A DNA stretch of 53,848 bases from a virus (Duplodnaviria; Caudoviricetes): the IMG/VR virus record IMGVR_UViG_3300032829_000014, positions 1 to 53,848 of that record. One strand, written 5' to 3'. The notes beneath the pieces are model-generated. The model searched no databases, was not told the origin of the DNA, and was given only the letters and a program-made list of their open reading frames with translations. This document shows, one piece after another, positions 38,437-49,220 of this stretch (the stretch's first letter is position 1; each line of letters opens with the position of its first letter). The translations under genes and the position numbers were made by a program.

Positions 38437-38955
38437 ATGAAAAATTTAGATAATAATACAGTATCAAAAATTTCAACAAATTTTTTAAGAGGCGTTGAAT
38501 TAGTAAATGAAGCAATTGAAAAATATGACATAGCTAATGAAAATTGGGCATATCCATATATGAGATTTGGTGATTCTGATTTTGATGATTATTATGCTGA
38601 AATTTGGGATAATGGTATGGATTATAATTTAGTATTATGGCTAATTGAAAGAAATTCATGCGATGATCCTGAAGTTTATCCATTATTAATTATTGATGGT
38701 GATGAAAGACAAAAATTTAATGATTATGATTTTAAAAAATTATTGCAATATATAGTTTATTGTAGACGAAATATTAAATGGGTTAAACATAAAGTTGATG
38801 ATTGGAAATATAAATTTGAACATGTATATGCATATTTAAAAGAAAATTCTGTTCAATATTCAGATGATAAAAAATATATGATTCAATTTGAGTTTGAACA
38901 TAATTCACAAGAAAAAGTAATATTTTATATAAATAAAAAAATGATAACATTTTAA
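38437..38955 (+). CDS. hypothetical protein
   Basis: ORF track. Confidence 0.65.
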   Translation: MKNLDNNTVSKISTNFLRGVELVNEAIEKYDIANENWAYPYMRFGDSDFDDYYAEIWDNGMDYNLVLWLIERNSCDDPEVYPLLIIDGDERQKFNDYDFKKLLQYIVYCRRNIKWVKHKVDDWKYKFEHVYAYLKENSVQYSDDKKYMIQFEFEHNSQEKVIFYINKKMITF

Positions 38956-38968
38956 AAATAAAAATAAT

Positions 38969-39238
38969 ATGAAAAATTTTGAATTAGTTGTTGAATTTGA
39001 AGGTGGAATGTTTGTAAATGTTGAAGCAGAAACACCTGAAGAAGCAAAAGAAATATTTTTAAAAAATATTGATAAAGAAAATCATATAAATATGTATGGA
39101 AATCCTTCATATAGTTTAGAAAATATTAATTTACCTATTGGTTCAGGAATAAAAGTAGAAGAATTTAATATTGAAATTAAAGATCCTAAAATTGCTGATA
39201 TTGAAGAATTAGATGAAAATGGAGAATATATTTTATGA
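38969..39238 (+). CDS. acidic hypothetical protein
   Basis: ORF track; VEAETPEEAKE motif. Confidence 0.65.
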   Translation: MKNFELVVEFEGGMFVNVEAETPEEAKEIFLKNIDKENHINMYGNPSYSLENINLPIGSGIKVEEFNIEIKDPKIADIEELDENGEYIL

Positions 39239-40491
39239 TTAGTAATAATGTTAATATAGAAGAATATAAAGAAACACGTAAAAACATTATAATAAAAAAA
39301 TGTAAAGAAAAAAATTATATATTAATTGAACCTTTTATATATTCAAAATCTAAAGATAAAAATATTCATCTTAAATGTTTAAATGATAATTATGATTGGT
39401 TTGTTTCATATGATAATTTTATTAATGGTAATAAAGGTTGTCCTAAATGTGGTAAACAAGTTAAACCAACTCAACAAGAAGCTAAAAAAAGGATTTTACA
39501 AATATGTGAAGAAAAAAATTATACTTTATTAAATAAAGATTTTATATATATTGGAGGACATAAAACAAGATTATATTTTAAATGTAATATTGATAAATAT
39601 GAATGGAATTGTTCTTATAATAATTTTATAAATAATTATGGGTGTACTAAATGTGGAAAAGAAAAATTGCATAATTTATTTAAATTAACACAAGAAGAAG
39701 CAGAAAATAATGTTAGGAAAAAATGTAAAGAAAAAAATTATAAATTAATAAAATCATTTATTTATATAAATAATAAAACTGTTTTATATTTAAAATGTTT
39801 AAAAGATGAATACGAATGGAAAATAGCATATTTTAATTTTATTAATGGAGATTATGGCTGTCCTAAATGTAGTGGTGTAGCAAAAATTACACAAAAACAA
39901 GCAGAAAATAATGTTAAAAAAAGATGCGAAGAAAATAAATATGAATTAATTAAATCATTTATATATAAAAATGAAAAAACAAGATTATATATTAAATGTA
40001 ATATTCATAATTGTGAATGGAATTGTTCATATAGTAAATTTATACATGCTAAACATGGTTGTCCTGAATGTGCAAAAGAAAAAAGAGTAGAAACAATGAT
40101 CGAACGTTATGGTGAAATTTGGTTAAAATATATTCCTAAATATAATTCAAATTCAATATTATATTTAGATATGATTTCTGAAAAATTAAATATTCCAATT
40201 CAACACGCATTAAATGGTGGTGAAATGAAATTTAAACGATATTTTGTTGATGGTTATATATCTGATTACAATATATGTATTGAATGGAATGAATATGTAC
40301 ATTATCATTCAAAAAAATATATTAATAATGATATTAAAAAGAAACAATTTATTGAAGAAAATTATAAATGTCATATCATTTATATCAATGAAAAAGAATT
40401 TTTAAATGATATAGATAATCAAATTAATCTTATTTGTGATAAAATAAATGAAATAATTAATAATTTAAAAATAAATAAAATAATAAATTAA
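39235..40491 (+). CDS. homing endonuclease-like protein: four Zn-ribbon repeats plus a PD-(D/E)XK/Vsr-like domain
   Basis: Four ~68-aa units ending GCPKC/GCTKC/GCPKC/GCPEC; C-terminal YFVDGY...CIEWNE..HY...D..K. Confidence 0.75.
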   Translation: MISNNVNIEEYKETRKNIIIKKCKEKNYILIEPFIYSKSKDKNIHLKCLNDNYDWFVSYDNFINGNKGCPKCGKQVKPTQQEAKKRILQICEEKNYTLLNKDFIYIGGHKTRLYFKCNIDKYEWNCSYNNFINNYGCTKCGKEKLHNLFKLTQEEAENNVRKKCKEKNYKLIKSFIYINNKTVLYLKCLKDEYEWKIAYFNFINGDYGCPKCSGVAKITQKQAENNVKKRCEENKYELIKSFIYKNEKTRLYIKCNIHNCEWNCSYSKFIHAKHGCPECAKEKRVETMIERYGEIWLKYIPKYNSNSILYLDMISEKLNIPIQHALNGGEMKFKRYFVDGYISDYNICIEWNEYVHYHSKKYINNDIKKKQFIEENYKCHIIYINEKEFLNDIDNQINLICDKINEIINNLKINKIIN

Positions 40492-40502
40492 AACATAAAA
40501 TT

Positions 40503-41135
40503 ATGTTATTAAACTTTGATGATTTAGTAATGAAATATAAAATTTCTACAGATTCTATAATTCATATAGGCTCACATACAGCACAAGAACATAAAACATA
40601 TTTAAAACATGGTATTAAAAATATGATGTATTTTGAGCCTAGTCCAAAAACATATAAAAAATTATTAGAATATTTATCTTTTGATAAAGAAAGTAATATT
40701 CAAACATTTAATTTTGCATTAGGTAATGAAAATAAAATTGTAGATTTTAATGTTTCAGATAATGATGGTGCATCTTCTTCAATATTAGAGCCTAAATTAC
40801 ATTTAATACAACATCCACATGTTCATTTTATTGAAAAAATACAAGTTGAAATGAAAAGATTTGATGATTTAAATCTTGATGTTACAAATTTTAATTTTAT
40901 TAATATTGATGTTCAAGGATTTGAATATGAAGTTTTTGAAGGAATGCTAAAAACTTTAGAAAATAATCCACATATTAAATATATTATGTCAGAAGTGAAC
41001 ATTGCCGAGACATATGCGGGAAATAAAACATTAGATAAATTATTAGAATTGTTAGGTCGATTTGGATTCGAACTTAAAGAACTTCGTCTCGACGGAATTA
41101 TATGGGGTGACTGCTTTATGATTAAAAATCAATAA
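40503..41135 (+). CDS. FkbM-family methyltransferase
   Basis: IIHIGSH, FEP, NFALG, SSSILEP, INIDVQGFEYEVFEG, WGD. Confidence 0.9.
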   Translation: MLLNFDDLVMKYKISTDSIIHIGSHTAQEHKTYLKHGIKNMMYFEPSPKTYKKLLEYLSFDKESNIQTFNFALGNENKIVDFNVSDNDGASSSILEPKLHLIQHPHVHFIEKIQVEMKRFDDLNLDVTNFNFINIDVQGFEYEVFEGMLKTLENNPHIKYIMSEVNIAETYAGNKTLDKLLELLGRFGFELKELRLDGIIWGDCFMIKNQ

Positions 41136-41157
41136 CTTACGTTAAAATTTTAAAATT

Positions 41158-41982
41158 ATGATAGAAAAAAGAGATTTTTGGGAATTGCATAAAAAATATT
41201 CATATTGTTTTAATTTTGACTATGCAAAAAATAATAAAAATTGGAATACAATAAAAAATATATATGATGATTTTGAATTAAATGAACAAAATAAAATTCC
41301 TAAAATTATACATCAGGTATGGCTTGGTAAAAATAAATATGAATATGATTTATTTTCTAATACATGGAAAAATTTTTGTTTAGATGGATGGGAATATAAA
41401 CTTTGGACTGATGATAATATTGAAGAACTTGAATTAAATGAAATAAATAAAAGAAATTTAGATAAAATAATAAATATTGGAATGAAATCTGATTTTATCA
41501 GATATTTGGTGCTACAAAAATTTGGAGGTATTTATTTTGATGTTGATTTTGAAAATATAAAAAATATAAATGATTATAATGAATTAACAAAACTATCATT
41601 TTTTAGTTGTCTAACTTATTCAAAGGAAATTGAAGTTGCTATAGGTGTTATTGGTTCAGTTCCAAATCACCTAATTATTAATAATTGTATTGATAGTTTT
41701 AATTATATTGGAGAAAATAATTGGTTTGATATTTTTAATACAACGGGTTCTTGGTTTTTTACTAAACAAATTTTAAATTATATTAATAGTAATGATAAAG
41801 AAAATTTAAAAGATTTATGTATTTTTCCTGTTAATTATTTTTATTCGTTTCCAAATAATAAAAGATATAATTATAATTGTTTTGATAATAATAGATTAAA
41901 TAATATTAAGCAATATATTACGCCTGAAACATATGCAATTCATTGGTGGTGTGGTAGTTGGTTGTCTAAAGAAACGAAATAA
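41158..41982 (+). CDS. GT32 (DXD sugar-binding) glycosyltransferase
   Basis: IPKIIHQVWLG, EYKLWTD, SDFIRYLVL..FGGIYFDVD, YAIHWW.GSW. Confidence 0.92.
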   Translation: MIEKRDFWELHKKYSYCFNFDYAKNNKNWNTIKNIYDDFELNEQNKIPKIIHQVWLGKNKYEYDLFSNTWKNFCLDGWEYKLWTDDNIEELELNEINKRNLDKIINIGMKSDFIRYLVLQKFGGIYFDVDFENIKNINDYNELTKLSFFSCLTYSKEIEVAIGVIGSVPNHLIINNCIDSFNYIGENNWFDIFNTTGSWFFTKQILNYINSNDKENLKDLCIFPVNYFYSFPNNKRYNYNCFDNNRLNNIKQYITPETYAIHWWCGSWLSKETK

Positions 41983-42115
41983 TATGTATAATAAAAAACA
42001 AAATTTTAATAAAAAATTTCTAAAGAAAAAAGATATTTGTCCTAATTGTGGACAAAAATTTAAAAAAGATGAAACAAATAGTAGTTTATGTAAAAAATGT
42101 AGACCATTTTAAAAT

Positions 42116-42976
42116 ATGATAAATATGAATGATTATATTTCAGGTGAAAAATTTATACAAATTGCTGATTTAGCTTTTTGTTATAATAATGATGATTTTA
42201 ATTTATTTAAAAATACATTTACTATTGAAAATGTTAATAATTATAAAAAGGATATAATATTTGTATATACTCATACACATTGGCTCGAATATTTATTTTT
42301 ACAAATTGATTATTTTTATCCTAATAAAAATTTTATTATTATATCTCATAATAGTGATCATGAATTTAATGAAAATTTATTTAATAAAAAGCCTAAAAAT
42401 GTTGTTAAATGCTATTCGCAAAATGTAAATTACAAAAACGAAAATTTAATATCAACCCCAATTGGATTAGAAAATAATCGTTGGTTTTCAGAAATTAATA
42501 AAAAACAAAAAATGATTAATAAATTAAATGAAGAAAAAAAATATAAAAATCTTTTATATATTAATCATTCAATTCGTACATATCCAAGAGAACGTGAAAA
42601 ACCATATCAAATTTTTAAAAATAAATCTTGGTGCACATTAGAATATGGAAGTAATGGACAAAATTTTGATCAATATTTAAATAATATTTATAATCATAAA
42701 TTTACATTAAGCCCACGTGGGAATGGGATCGACACGCATCGTTGTTGGGAGAGCCTGTATATGAGATCTATACCTGTTGTAATAAGAAATATTAATAATT
42801 TTCAATATTCAGATTTACCAATTGTATATGTTGATGATTGGGAAGAAATAACCGAAGATTTTTTAAATAAAAAATATATTGAAATAAATTTGAATATTCA
42901 AAATAATTTATATAATTTTGAAAAATTAAAATTTGAATATTGGAAAATTTTAATTTTAAATAGTATTAATAATTAA
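42116..42976 (+). CDS. exostosin/GT47-like glycosyltransferase
   Basis: ISHNSD, PIGLEN, KFTLSPRGNGIDTHRCWESLY..SIPVV. Confidence 0.8.
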   Translation: MINMNDYISGEKFIQIADLAFCYNNDDFNLFKNTFTIENVNNYKKDIIFVYTHTHWLEYLFLQIDYFYPNKNFIIISHNSDHEFNENLFNKKPKNVVKCYSQNVNYKNENLISTPIGLENNRWFSEINKKQKMINKLNEEKKYKNLLYINHSIRTYPREREKPYQIFKNKSWCTLEYGSNGQNFDQYLNNIYNHKFTLSPRGNGIDTHRCWESLYMRSIPVVIRNINNFQYSDLPIVYVDDWEEITEDFLNKKYIEINLNIQNNLYNFEKLKFEYWKILILNSINN

Positions 42977-42992
42977 TTTAAAACTTTATATT

Positions 42993-43235
42993 ATGAATTA
43001 TAAAATTATTGAAACATCAGAAAAGTATCCAAATGTATTGTTATATAGGGATAGAGATGAAAATGGTACTGAATTTGTTTATATTAGTGCCATTGGAAAA
43101 ATAGAAAATGAAGAAGACATGTTTGCTTTTGAATGTGTTGAATTTGAAAATAATAAAACAGCACAATCATTTATTAATGATTATTCAAAAGAATCTGCTG
43201 AAGAATGGTGTGAAGAAAATGAAATTTATTATTAG
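42993..43235 (+). CDS. acidic hypothetical protein
   Basis: ORF track. Confidence 0.65.
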   Translation: MNYKIIETSEKYPNVLLYRDRDENGTEFVYISAIGKIENEEDMFAFECVEFENNKTAQSFINDYSKESAEEWCEENEIYY

Positions 43236-43240
43236 TAATT

Positions 43241-43483
43241 ATGAAATTTAGAATAAAAGAAATTAAAGAGGATGAATTATCTGCTCCTAAATTTTATCCA
43301 CAATATAAATCGGGATTATTTTGGAAAAATATAAATAATACTTGGTGGGCAAATTCTATTTTTAATAATAATAAAAATGATAATGAATATGTATTTAGTG
43401 AATTTAGAGCTAAAAAAATAGTTAATGATTTTAAAGAATATTTAGAAAAGAATAAACCATATGAAATAGTTCACACTTTATAA
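43241..43483 (+). CDS. hypothetical protein
   Basis: ORF track; FYPQYK...FWK motif. Confidence 0.65.
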   Translation: MKFRIKEIKEDELSAPKFYPQYKSGLFWKNINNTWWANSIFNNNKNDNEYVFSEFRAKKIVNDFKEYLEKNKPYEIVHTL

Positions 43484-43490
43484 AATACTT

Positions 43491-44177
43491 ATGATAAATA
43501 TTGATAAAATATATGTTTGTCATCATAAACCTTTAATAGAAAGAAAAGAAATATTATATAAATATTTTAAAGAAAAAAATATAGATGTTGAATGGGTTGA
43601 AAAATATTTACCCGAAGAAATATCTGATAAATATGATGAATTAGTTGGATATTTTAATATTGATCCAGAAGCAAAATTTATATGTTATGGACAATATAGT
43701 TATTTTCCAAATGTAGGAAAAAAAATAAATTTAGGTGAATTATCTTTATATTTAAAACATTTATATTGTTTTGAAGATCAAATAAAAAATAATTATGAAA
43801 ATATTTTAATATTGGAAGATGATTTGTTAATACCAACAGAATATGATTTTATTAAATATTTAAATAATTGCATTGATGAATTTAAAAAAATAAAAGCTGA
43901 TATGATGTTTTTGGGTTCTTGTTGTGAAATTCATGTTGATTGGGCAAATAGAAAAAATAATAAATATGTTTATTTAATAAAAAATCAATTAACAAGATGT
44001 ACACATGCATATGTTACAAGTATTGAAGCAACAAAAAAAATATTAACAAAAGTATATCCTAAAAATATGCCTATAGATTTTAAATTAAATGAAATTATAA
44101 TCGTTGAAAATTTAAAAGTTGCTTGGACTGAACCAAGTTTTAGCCAAAATCCAAAATTTAAATCGGAATTAAGATAA
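43491..44177 (+). CDS. GT25-like glycosyltransferase
   Basis: IDKIYV, GELSLYLKH, ILILEDD, CTHAYV, PID. Confidence 0.85.
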   Translation: MINIDKIYVCHHKPLIERKEILYKYFKEKNIDVEWVEKYLPEEISDKYDELVGYFNIDPEAKFICYGQYSYFPNVGKKINLGELSLYLKHLYCFEDQIKNNYENILILEDDLLIPTEYDFIKYLNNCIDEFKKIKADMMFLGSCCEIHVDWANRKNNKYVYLIKNQLTRCTHAYVTSIEATKKILTKVYPKNMPIDFKLNEIIIVENLKVAWTEPSFSQNPKFKSELR

Positions 44178-44178
44178 A

Positions 44179-44997
44179 ATGAATTATTATTCAATATTTA
44201 ATGAAAAAAATGATTTAGAAATTTATTGTTTTAATAATAAAAAAGTTTTTATAACATCATTTTTTAATTCAAAAACAATATCTAAAGATATTGCTGAATA
44301 TCAAAAGAAAGTATTTAATAAATTTAATATTTTATTAAATCAATTTGATGATGATATAAGGCATCCTGAATTTATGGATTATATTATGAATAATATTAAT
44401 GCAGATATTTTTATATTTTTTGATATTGATTGTATTCTATTAAGAAAAAATATTATTAATGAAATATTATTAGAAGTTAATGATAATAGTATTTTTGGCC
44501 TTGCACAATGTGATAATTCAAATGATTTAAATCATATATATGCTGCTCCTTCATGTTTTGGAATTACAAAAAATTTATATAATAATTTAAGTAATCCATC
44601 GTTTGTTGAAAGACAAAGATATATATCAAATTATAATAATAAAATTGAAAATACTAAGAATTTAATATCAGCATACGGAATAAAAGATATTGGATATGGT
44701 AGTGAGTTTTATAATCAATCAATGAAAATAGCTCAAAGATTAAATCTTAAACTTATTTGTGATACTGCTGAAGAAATAACATATTTATGTGAAGAAAAAG
44801 GATATAATATTAATTTGTGGTATCCAACAAATTATGATAAAAATAGTAATACTTGGAGATTAGGAAATAGTAATATATTGTTTGGAAATGGTACAATATA
44901 TAATAATTGTATTTATCATAATTTTCAAATAAGAAAAAATGAAGAATCTCAAAGATTTATTAATAAATGTAAAGAAATATTAAATAATTTAAATTAA
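44179..44997 (+). CDS. putative GT-A glycosyltransferase
   Basis: FIFFDIDC DxD motif, CDTAE, IYHNFQ; position in the tract. Confidence 0.6.
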   Translation: MNYYSIFNEKNDLEIYCFNNKKVFITSFFNSKTISKDIAEYQKKVFNKFNILLNQFDDDIRHPEFMDYIMNNINADIFIFFDIDCILLRKNIINEILLEVNDNSIFGLAQCDNSNDLNHIYAAPSCFGITKNLYNNLSNPSFVERQRYISNYNNKIENTKNLISAYGIKDIGYGSEFYNQSMKIAQRLNLKLICDTAEEITYLCEEKGYNINLWYPTNYDKNSNTWRLGNSNILFGNGTIYNNCIYHNFQIRKNEESQRFINKCKEILNNLN

Positions 44998-45004
44998 AAG
45001 AATT

Positions 45005-45322
45005 ATGACACAAGATCAAAAAGAAGCATTTGATGCAGTTCAAAGAATAAATCAAGAATTATATGAAAAGTATAAATTATTGAGTAAAAAAGATGAATCA
45101 AGTATGCCAATTTTATCAATTACATTTGCTGATAGTATGATATTTATTTCAATATCATTAGTATCAACTGATTCATTAGATTTACCTGAAATTAATTTAT
45201 ATTCTTCTGTAAATGATGATAGAATTTATTATGAAAAATCAAATAAATATGAAACTTTTTATAAATTTATAAAACGTAAATTTAATTTAATAAAAAAAGA
45301 AATTTATAATATAAAACTTTAA
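45005..45322 (+). CDS. hypothetical protein
   Basis: ORF track. Confidence 0.65.
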   Translation: MTQDQKEAFDAVQRINQELYEKYKLLSKKDESSMPILSITFADSMIFISISLVSTDSLDLPEINLYSSVNDDRIYYEKSNKYETFYKFIKRKFNLIKKEIYNIKL

Positions 45323-45327
45323 AAATA

Positions 45328-46068
45328 GTGATTTCAGTAGAATTTATAGGTAGACTTGGTAATCAAATGTTTCAATATACAATATTGAGAATTGTTGCTA
45401 AATTAAAAAACTATAATTATTGTATTAAAGATAATTGGTTAGGATATAATATTTTTGATTCTAATATGAATTATAATAAAAATTTTAATACAAATAAAGT
45501 ATATAATGGTCATGGTAGATATTCTGAAGATGTTTTAAAAATTGATGATAATACATTAATATGTGGATATTTTCAAAATATTGAATATTTTGAAAATTAT
45601 TATAATGATATTTTAGAATGGTTTAAAATAAAAGATAATATTAATATTGATAATTTTTTAAATAAATATAACATTAATGATTATTGTTACATACATTTTA
45701 GAGGTACTGATTATAAAGAAATTCCAGGATTTTTTTTACATAAAGAATATTATGAAAAAGCTAAAAATAAAATATTAAATGATTATAAAAATTTAAAATT
45801 TTTAATTATAACAGATGATATACCCACAGCTAAAGAATATTTTTCAGATGATGAAATTTTATCAAATTCGATGGAAATAGATTTTAAATTATTAAATAAA
45901 GCTAAATATTCAATAATATCAAATTCAACATTTTCTTGGTGGTCAAGATATTTAAATAATGATAAAAATAGTATAACAATAGCACCAAAAGGATTTTTTA
46001 ATTATAATACAATAAAAAAACCTTCTTTTGAAAATTTAGAAACAAATAAATTTATTTGGATAGATTAA
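45328..46068 (+). CDS. second GT11 alpha-1,2-fucosyltransferase-like (GTG start)
   Basis: GRLGNQMFQY, GYFQ, IHFRGTDY, ITDD, SNSTFSWW. Confidence 0.9.
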   Translation: MISVEFIGRLGNQMFQYTILRIVAKLKNYNYCIKDNWLGYNIFDSNMNYNKNFNTNKVYNGHGRYSEDVLKIDDNTLICGYFQNIEYFENYYNDILEWFKIKDNINIDNFLNKYNINDYCYIHFRGTDYKEIPGFFLHKEYYEKAKNKILNDYKNLKFLIITDDIPTAKEYFSDDEILSNSMEIDFKLLNKAKYSIISNSTFSWWSRYLNNDKNSITIAPKGFFNYNTIKKPSFENLETNKFIWID

Positions 46069-46069
46069 A

Positions 46070-46753
46070 ATGGAAAAAAATAGAAATATACATTTAATTA
46101 TTACAACAGCAAATATTTCTAAAAATATTTGTAATAAAATATATGGATCAGGATATTCATATGAAAAAAGAATAAATGATTATAAAAAATCATTTGAAAT
46201 TGTATCATCATTAAGAAAATATTTTACAACAATTACAATTTTAGAAACATGTTCAAAAGAAAAAATTGATTATTTACATGATTATAATTTTATTGTTTAT
46301 TATTCAAATCAAAATAATTATTTTGTTAATAAAGGATTGAATGAAATGAATCATATAAATAATTATTTATGCGATAATTCATTTATTAAAGATGATGATA
46401 TTGTTATTAAATTATCTGGTAGATATTTTATAACTAATACTAATATTTTAAATTTTACAAATAAATATAATATTATTGTTAAAGATGATAGAGATATTTA
46501 TACATCTGGTTTAGGCGTTCATACTTTTTATTTTGCTATAACAAAAAAACTATTTTTTGATTTTTATAAATTTATTGATTTAAAATTTGATGATATTGAT
46601 TATAAAAAAAATATAGCTATTGAATGGGAAATGAAAAAATTTTTCGAATCATTAAATGATGAAAAATATATGATATTACCACAAGAAAAAATAGGTATAA
46701 TAACAAATACTTATTATGGAGATATTAATTGTTGTAAAATTGAGTATGTGTGA
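46070..46753 (+). CDS. putative glycosyltransferase-related protein
   Basis: IITTAN, NKGLNE, VIKLSGRY motif typical of glycan-cluster proteins. Confidence 0.5.
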   Translation: MEKNRNIHLIITTANISKNICNKIYGSGYSYEKRINDYKKSFEIVSSLRKYFTTITILETCSKEKIDYLHDYNFIVYYSNQNNYFVNKGLNEMNHINNYLCDNSFIKDDDIVIKLSGRYFITNTNILNFTNKYNIIVKDDRDIYTSGLGVHTFYFAITKKLFFDFYKFIDLKFDDIDYKKNIAIEWEMKKFFESLNDEKYMILPQEKIGIITNTYYGDINCCKIEYV

Positions 46754-47018
46754 AAATAAAGAATTAAGAATAAATATAATAAATATGAATAAAAAAGATT
46801 TAGTTAATAAAGGATTTATTTCATTGATTGAATGGGAAAATAAATATGAAGATAGATTAATGATATTTAGTCCATCAAAATGTTATAGAAAAAATAATAT
46901 TATTGCAAGAATGTTAGATGAAAATAATATTAAATTTTATAAAATATTTAAAGTAAATATGAATTCATTAGGTTACAGAATACCTGAATTAATAGAAATA
47001 AAGAATTATGAAGAATAG
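46746..47018 (+). CDS. hypothetical protein
   Basis: ORF track 46716..47018; ATG 46746 preferred as start. Confidence 0.55.
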   Translation: MCENKELRINIINMNKKDLVNKGFISLIEWENKYEDRLMIFSPSKCYRKNNIIARMLDENNIKFYKIFKVNMNSLGYRIPELIEIKNYEE

Positions 47019-47754
47019 AAAAGAATATTTAGATTTAAATTTAACATTTTATAATATATTAATAGATTGTAATAAAAATTTTTCGCATGTTAAGATTGGT
47101 GATGGAGAAATATTTGCTATGAGATATTGGCAAGGAGAAAATGCTGATAAACATTCATATTCAAAAAAATTGGGTGATGAATTAAAAGAATCGTTAATTT
47201 TTTTATCAAAAGGATCCAATGTTTTTATAGCAGATTGGTTTTATTCTAATCCTTGTAAATATCCACATGATTTTGATAATAAAAATTTTTTAGATAATTT
47301 TTTAAAAGAAAATAATTTAGAACCTAGTTTTATTCAGCCATTTGAATTACTTATGTTTGGTTGGGAAAATCAAAAATATAATTATTTATTTAAATTTTAT
47401 CAAAAAATTAAACAAAGTAATCGAAAAAAAGTTTATATTTGTAATGAGAAATTTAATAGTTTAAAAAATATATTAAATATTAATGAATTTCTTAATATAC
47501 CTTTAATAAATGCATATTCTGAAATAGATAATATATATAATGAAACAATTAAAATTATTGAAGATAATAGTATTATTTTAATGAGTGTTGGTATGATGTC
47601 TCCAATTTTAACAAATAGATTATTAAATTATAATGAAAATATTACTATTTTAGATATTGGTAGTGGCCTCGATCCTTTAGTATTAAATTCTAAAAATAGA
47701 GGAGATGTACAAGGAAGCCATAATGAAGCATTAGAATATTTTAAAAATATATAA
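47008..47754 (+). CDS. second GT-D fold (DUF1792-like) glycosyltransferase
   Basis: FSHVKIGDGE, LMSVGM, LDIGSGLDP. Confidence 0.7.
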   Translation: MKNRKEYLDLNLTFYNILIDCNKNFSHVKIGDGEIFAMRYWQGENADKHSYSKKLGDELKESLIFLSKGSNVFIADWFYSNPCKYPHDFDNKNFLDNFLKENNLEPSFIQPFELLMFGWENQKYNYLFKFYQKIKQSNRKKVYICNEKFNSLKNILNINEFLNIPLINAYSEIDNIYNETIKIIEDNSIILMSVGMMSPILTNRLLNYNENITILDIGSGLDPLVLNSKNRGDVQGSHNEALEYFKNI

Positions 47755-47758
47755 ATAT

Positions 47759-47944
47759 ATGAAAAAGAAAGATAGATTTATAATAATTAATAAATTAGAA
47801 AATAAATTAATTTGTATTGCTGTTTTAATATGTATTACAGCCCCAATATTTATTTTTTTAATACCATTATGTAATTATCATACTTATTTAGAAAATGAAA
47901 TAGCTAAAAATAATTGGCTATATAATTGGAGTGATGTTGATTAA
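47759..47944 (+). CDS. small membrane protein
   Basis: One hydrophobic segment. Confidence 0.55.
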   Translation: MKKKDRFIIINKLENKLICIAVLICITAPIFIFLIPLCNYHTYLENEIAKNNWLYNWSDVD

Positions 47945-48086
47945 TTTTATAATTTATGTATAACATACCAATTATAGGACAAAAAATATTAATTTTATTA
48001 ATAATAATAGGATTTATATATGCTATGATTAAAATAATATTAAGAAAAGATAAAGATAAATCTATTTAAAAAAATAAATTATAATT

Positions 48087-48335
48087 ATGGCAGTACAAAG
48101 AAATATACCAACTTGTCCTTTTTGTGGAAAAAAAATTGCAAAAGCAATATATAGAAAACATTTACCTTGGGAATCTCCTTTTTATGAAGATGATTTTATA
48201 GAATGGAAATATATAAAGCATAATTGTAAAGAAAGAAAAAAATTTATAAAAGATAATAAAAAGGATAATGAATTTAAAGATTTATTATTAAATATTTTTA
48301 AAAATGAAAAAACAAATAAATCCAGTAATATATAA
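48087..48335 (+). CDS. small Zn-finger protein
   Basis: CPFC...HNC. Confidence 0.6.
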   Translation: MAVQRNIPTCPFCGKKIAKAIYRKHLPWESPFYEDDFIEWKYIKHNCKERKKFIKDNKKDNEFKDLLLNIFKNEKTNKSSNI

Positions 48336-49203
48336 AATAATAAATCTAATAAATAATAAAATATATATTGGAAAAGATTTATATAATAATCCTAAATATA
48401 TGGGTTCTGGAAAATTATTAAAACAAGCTTTTAAAAAATATGGTAAAATAAATTTTAAAAAAGAAATTATTGAAAAATGTAATGATATAAATCAATTAAA
48501 TGAAAGAGAAAAATTTTGGATTAAAAATTTAAATACTTTTTCTCCTAATGGATATAATATTAATGTTGGTGGAAAAGGTGGTGATACATATACATATCGT
48601 TCTCAAGAAGAAAAACTTAAATTTAGAGAAAATTTAAAAATTAAAAAATTAGGTAAAAAATGTTCAATTGAAACAATTGAAATTTTTAAAAAAGCTAGAA
48701 AAGGAAAACCACAAAAAAGAAGAGAAAATGTAGAATGTCCTTATTGTCATAAAATAGGTGATAAATTAAATATGATGAGATGGCATTTTGATTTTTGTAA
48801 AGAAAATCCAAATAGAATAATAAAAAATATAAAAAAAATAAAATGTTGTTTTTGTAAAAAAGAAATAAATATAGCAAATGCATATCAATGGCATTTTGAT
48901 TTTTGTAAGGAAAATCCAAATAGAATAATAAAAAGAGGTCATCCTCAATCAATAGAAAGTAAAATTAAAATAGGAAATAAAAGTAGAGGTAGAAAACATA
49001 CAATCGAAACAAAAATTAAAATAGGTAATAAAAGTAAAGGTAGAAAAAAAACTGAAGAGACTAAAAATAAACTTAGTATTAGTATGAAAAAAAGATGGAA
49101 AAATAATATAAACATATATAAATGTATTTATTGTAATAAAAAATCAAAATCTTTAGGAAATATAAATAGATGGCATAATGAAAATTGTAAATTTAAAAAA
49201 TAA
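48304..49203 (+). CDS. GIY-YIG (Seg-like) homing endonuclease with NUMOD3-like and CxxC..H..C repeats
   Basis: VIYKIINLINNKIYIGK, YMGSG, E.FWI, GYN; HTIETKIKI repeats. Confidence 0.85.
   Translation: MKKQINPVIYKIINLINNKIYIGKDLYNNPKYMGSGKLLKQAFKKYGKINFKKEIIEKCNDINQLNEREKFWIKNLNTFSPNGYNINVGGKGGDTYTYRSQEEKLKFRENLKIKKLGKKCSIETIEIFKKARKGKPQKRRENVECPYCHKIGDKLNMMRWHFDFCKENPNRIIKNIKKIKCCFCKKEINIANAYQWHFDFCKENPNRIIKRGHPQSIESKIKIGNKSRGRKHTIETKIKIGNKSKGRKKTEETKNKLSISMKKRWKNNINIYKCIYCNKKSKSLGNINRWHNENCKFKK
48780..48933 (+). repeat. 46-nt direct repeat x2 (108-nt period) encoding WHFDFCKENPNRIIK
   Basis: 48780-48825 vs 48888-48933, one synonymous mismatch. Confidence 0.85.
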
Positions 49204-49220
49204 TAATAAAAAATAAGATT

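Noticed and set aside
48780-48933. CRISPR array from the 46-nt direct repeat
   Set aside because: Only two copies, in frame (108-nt period), encoding a repeated protein module.
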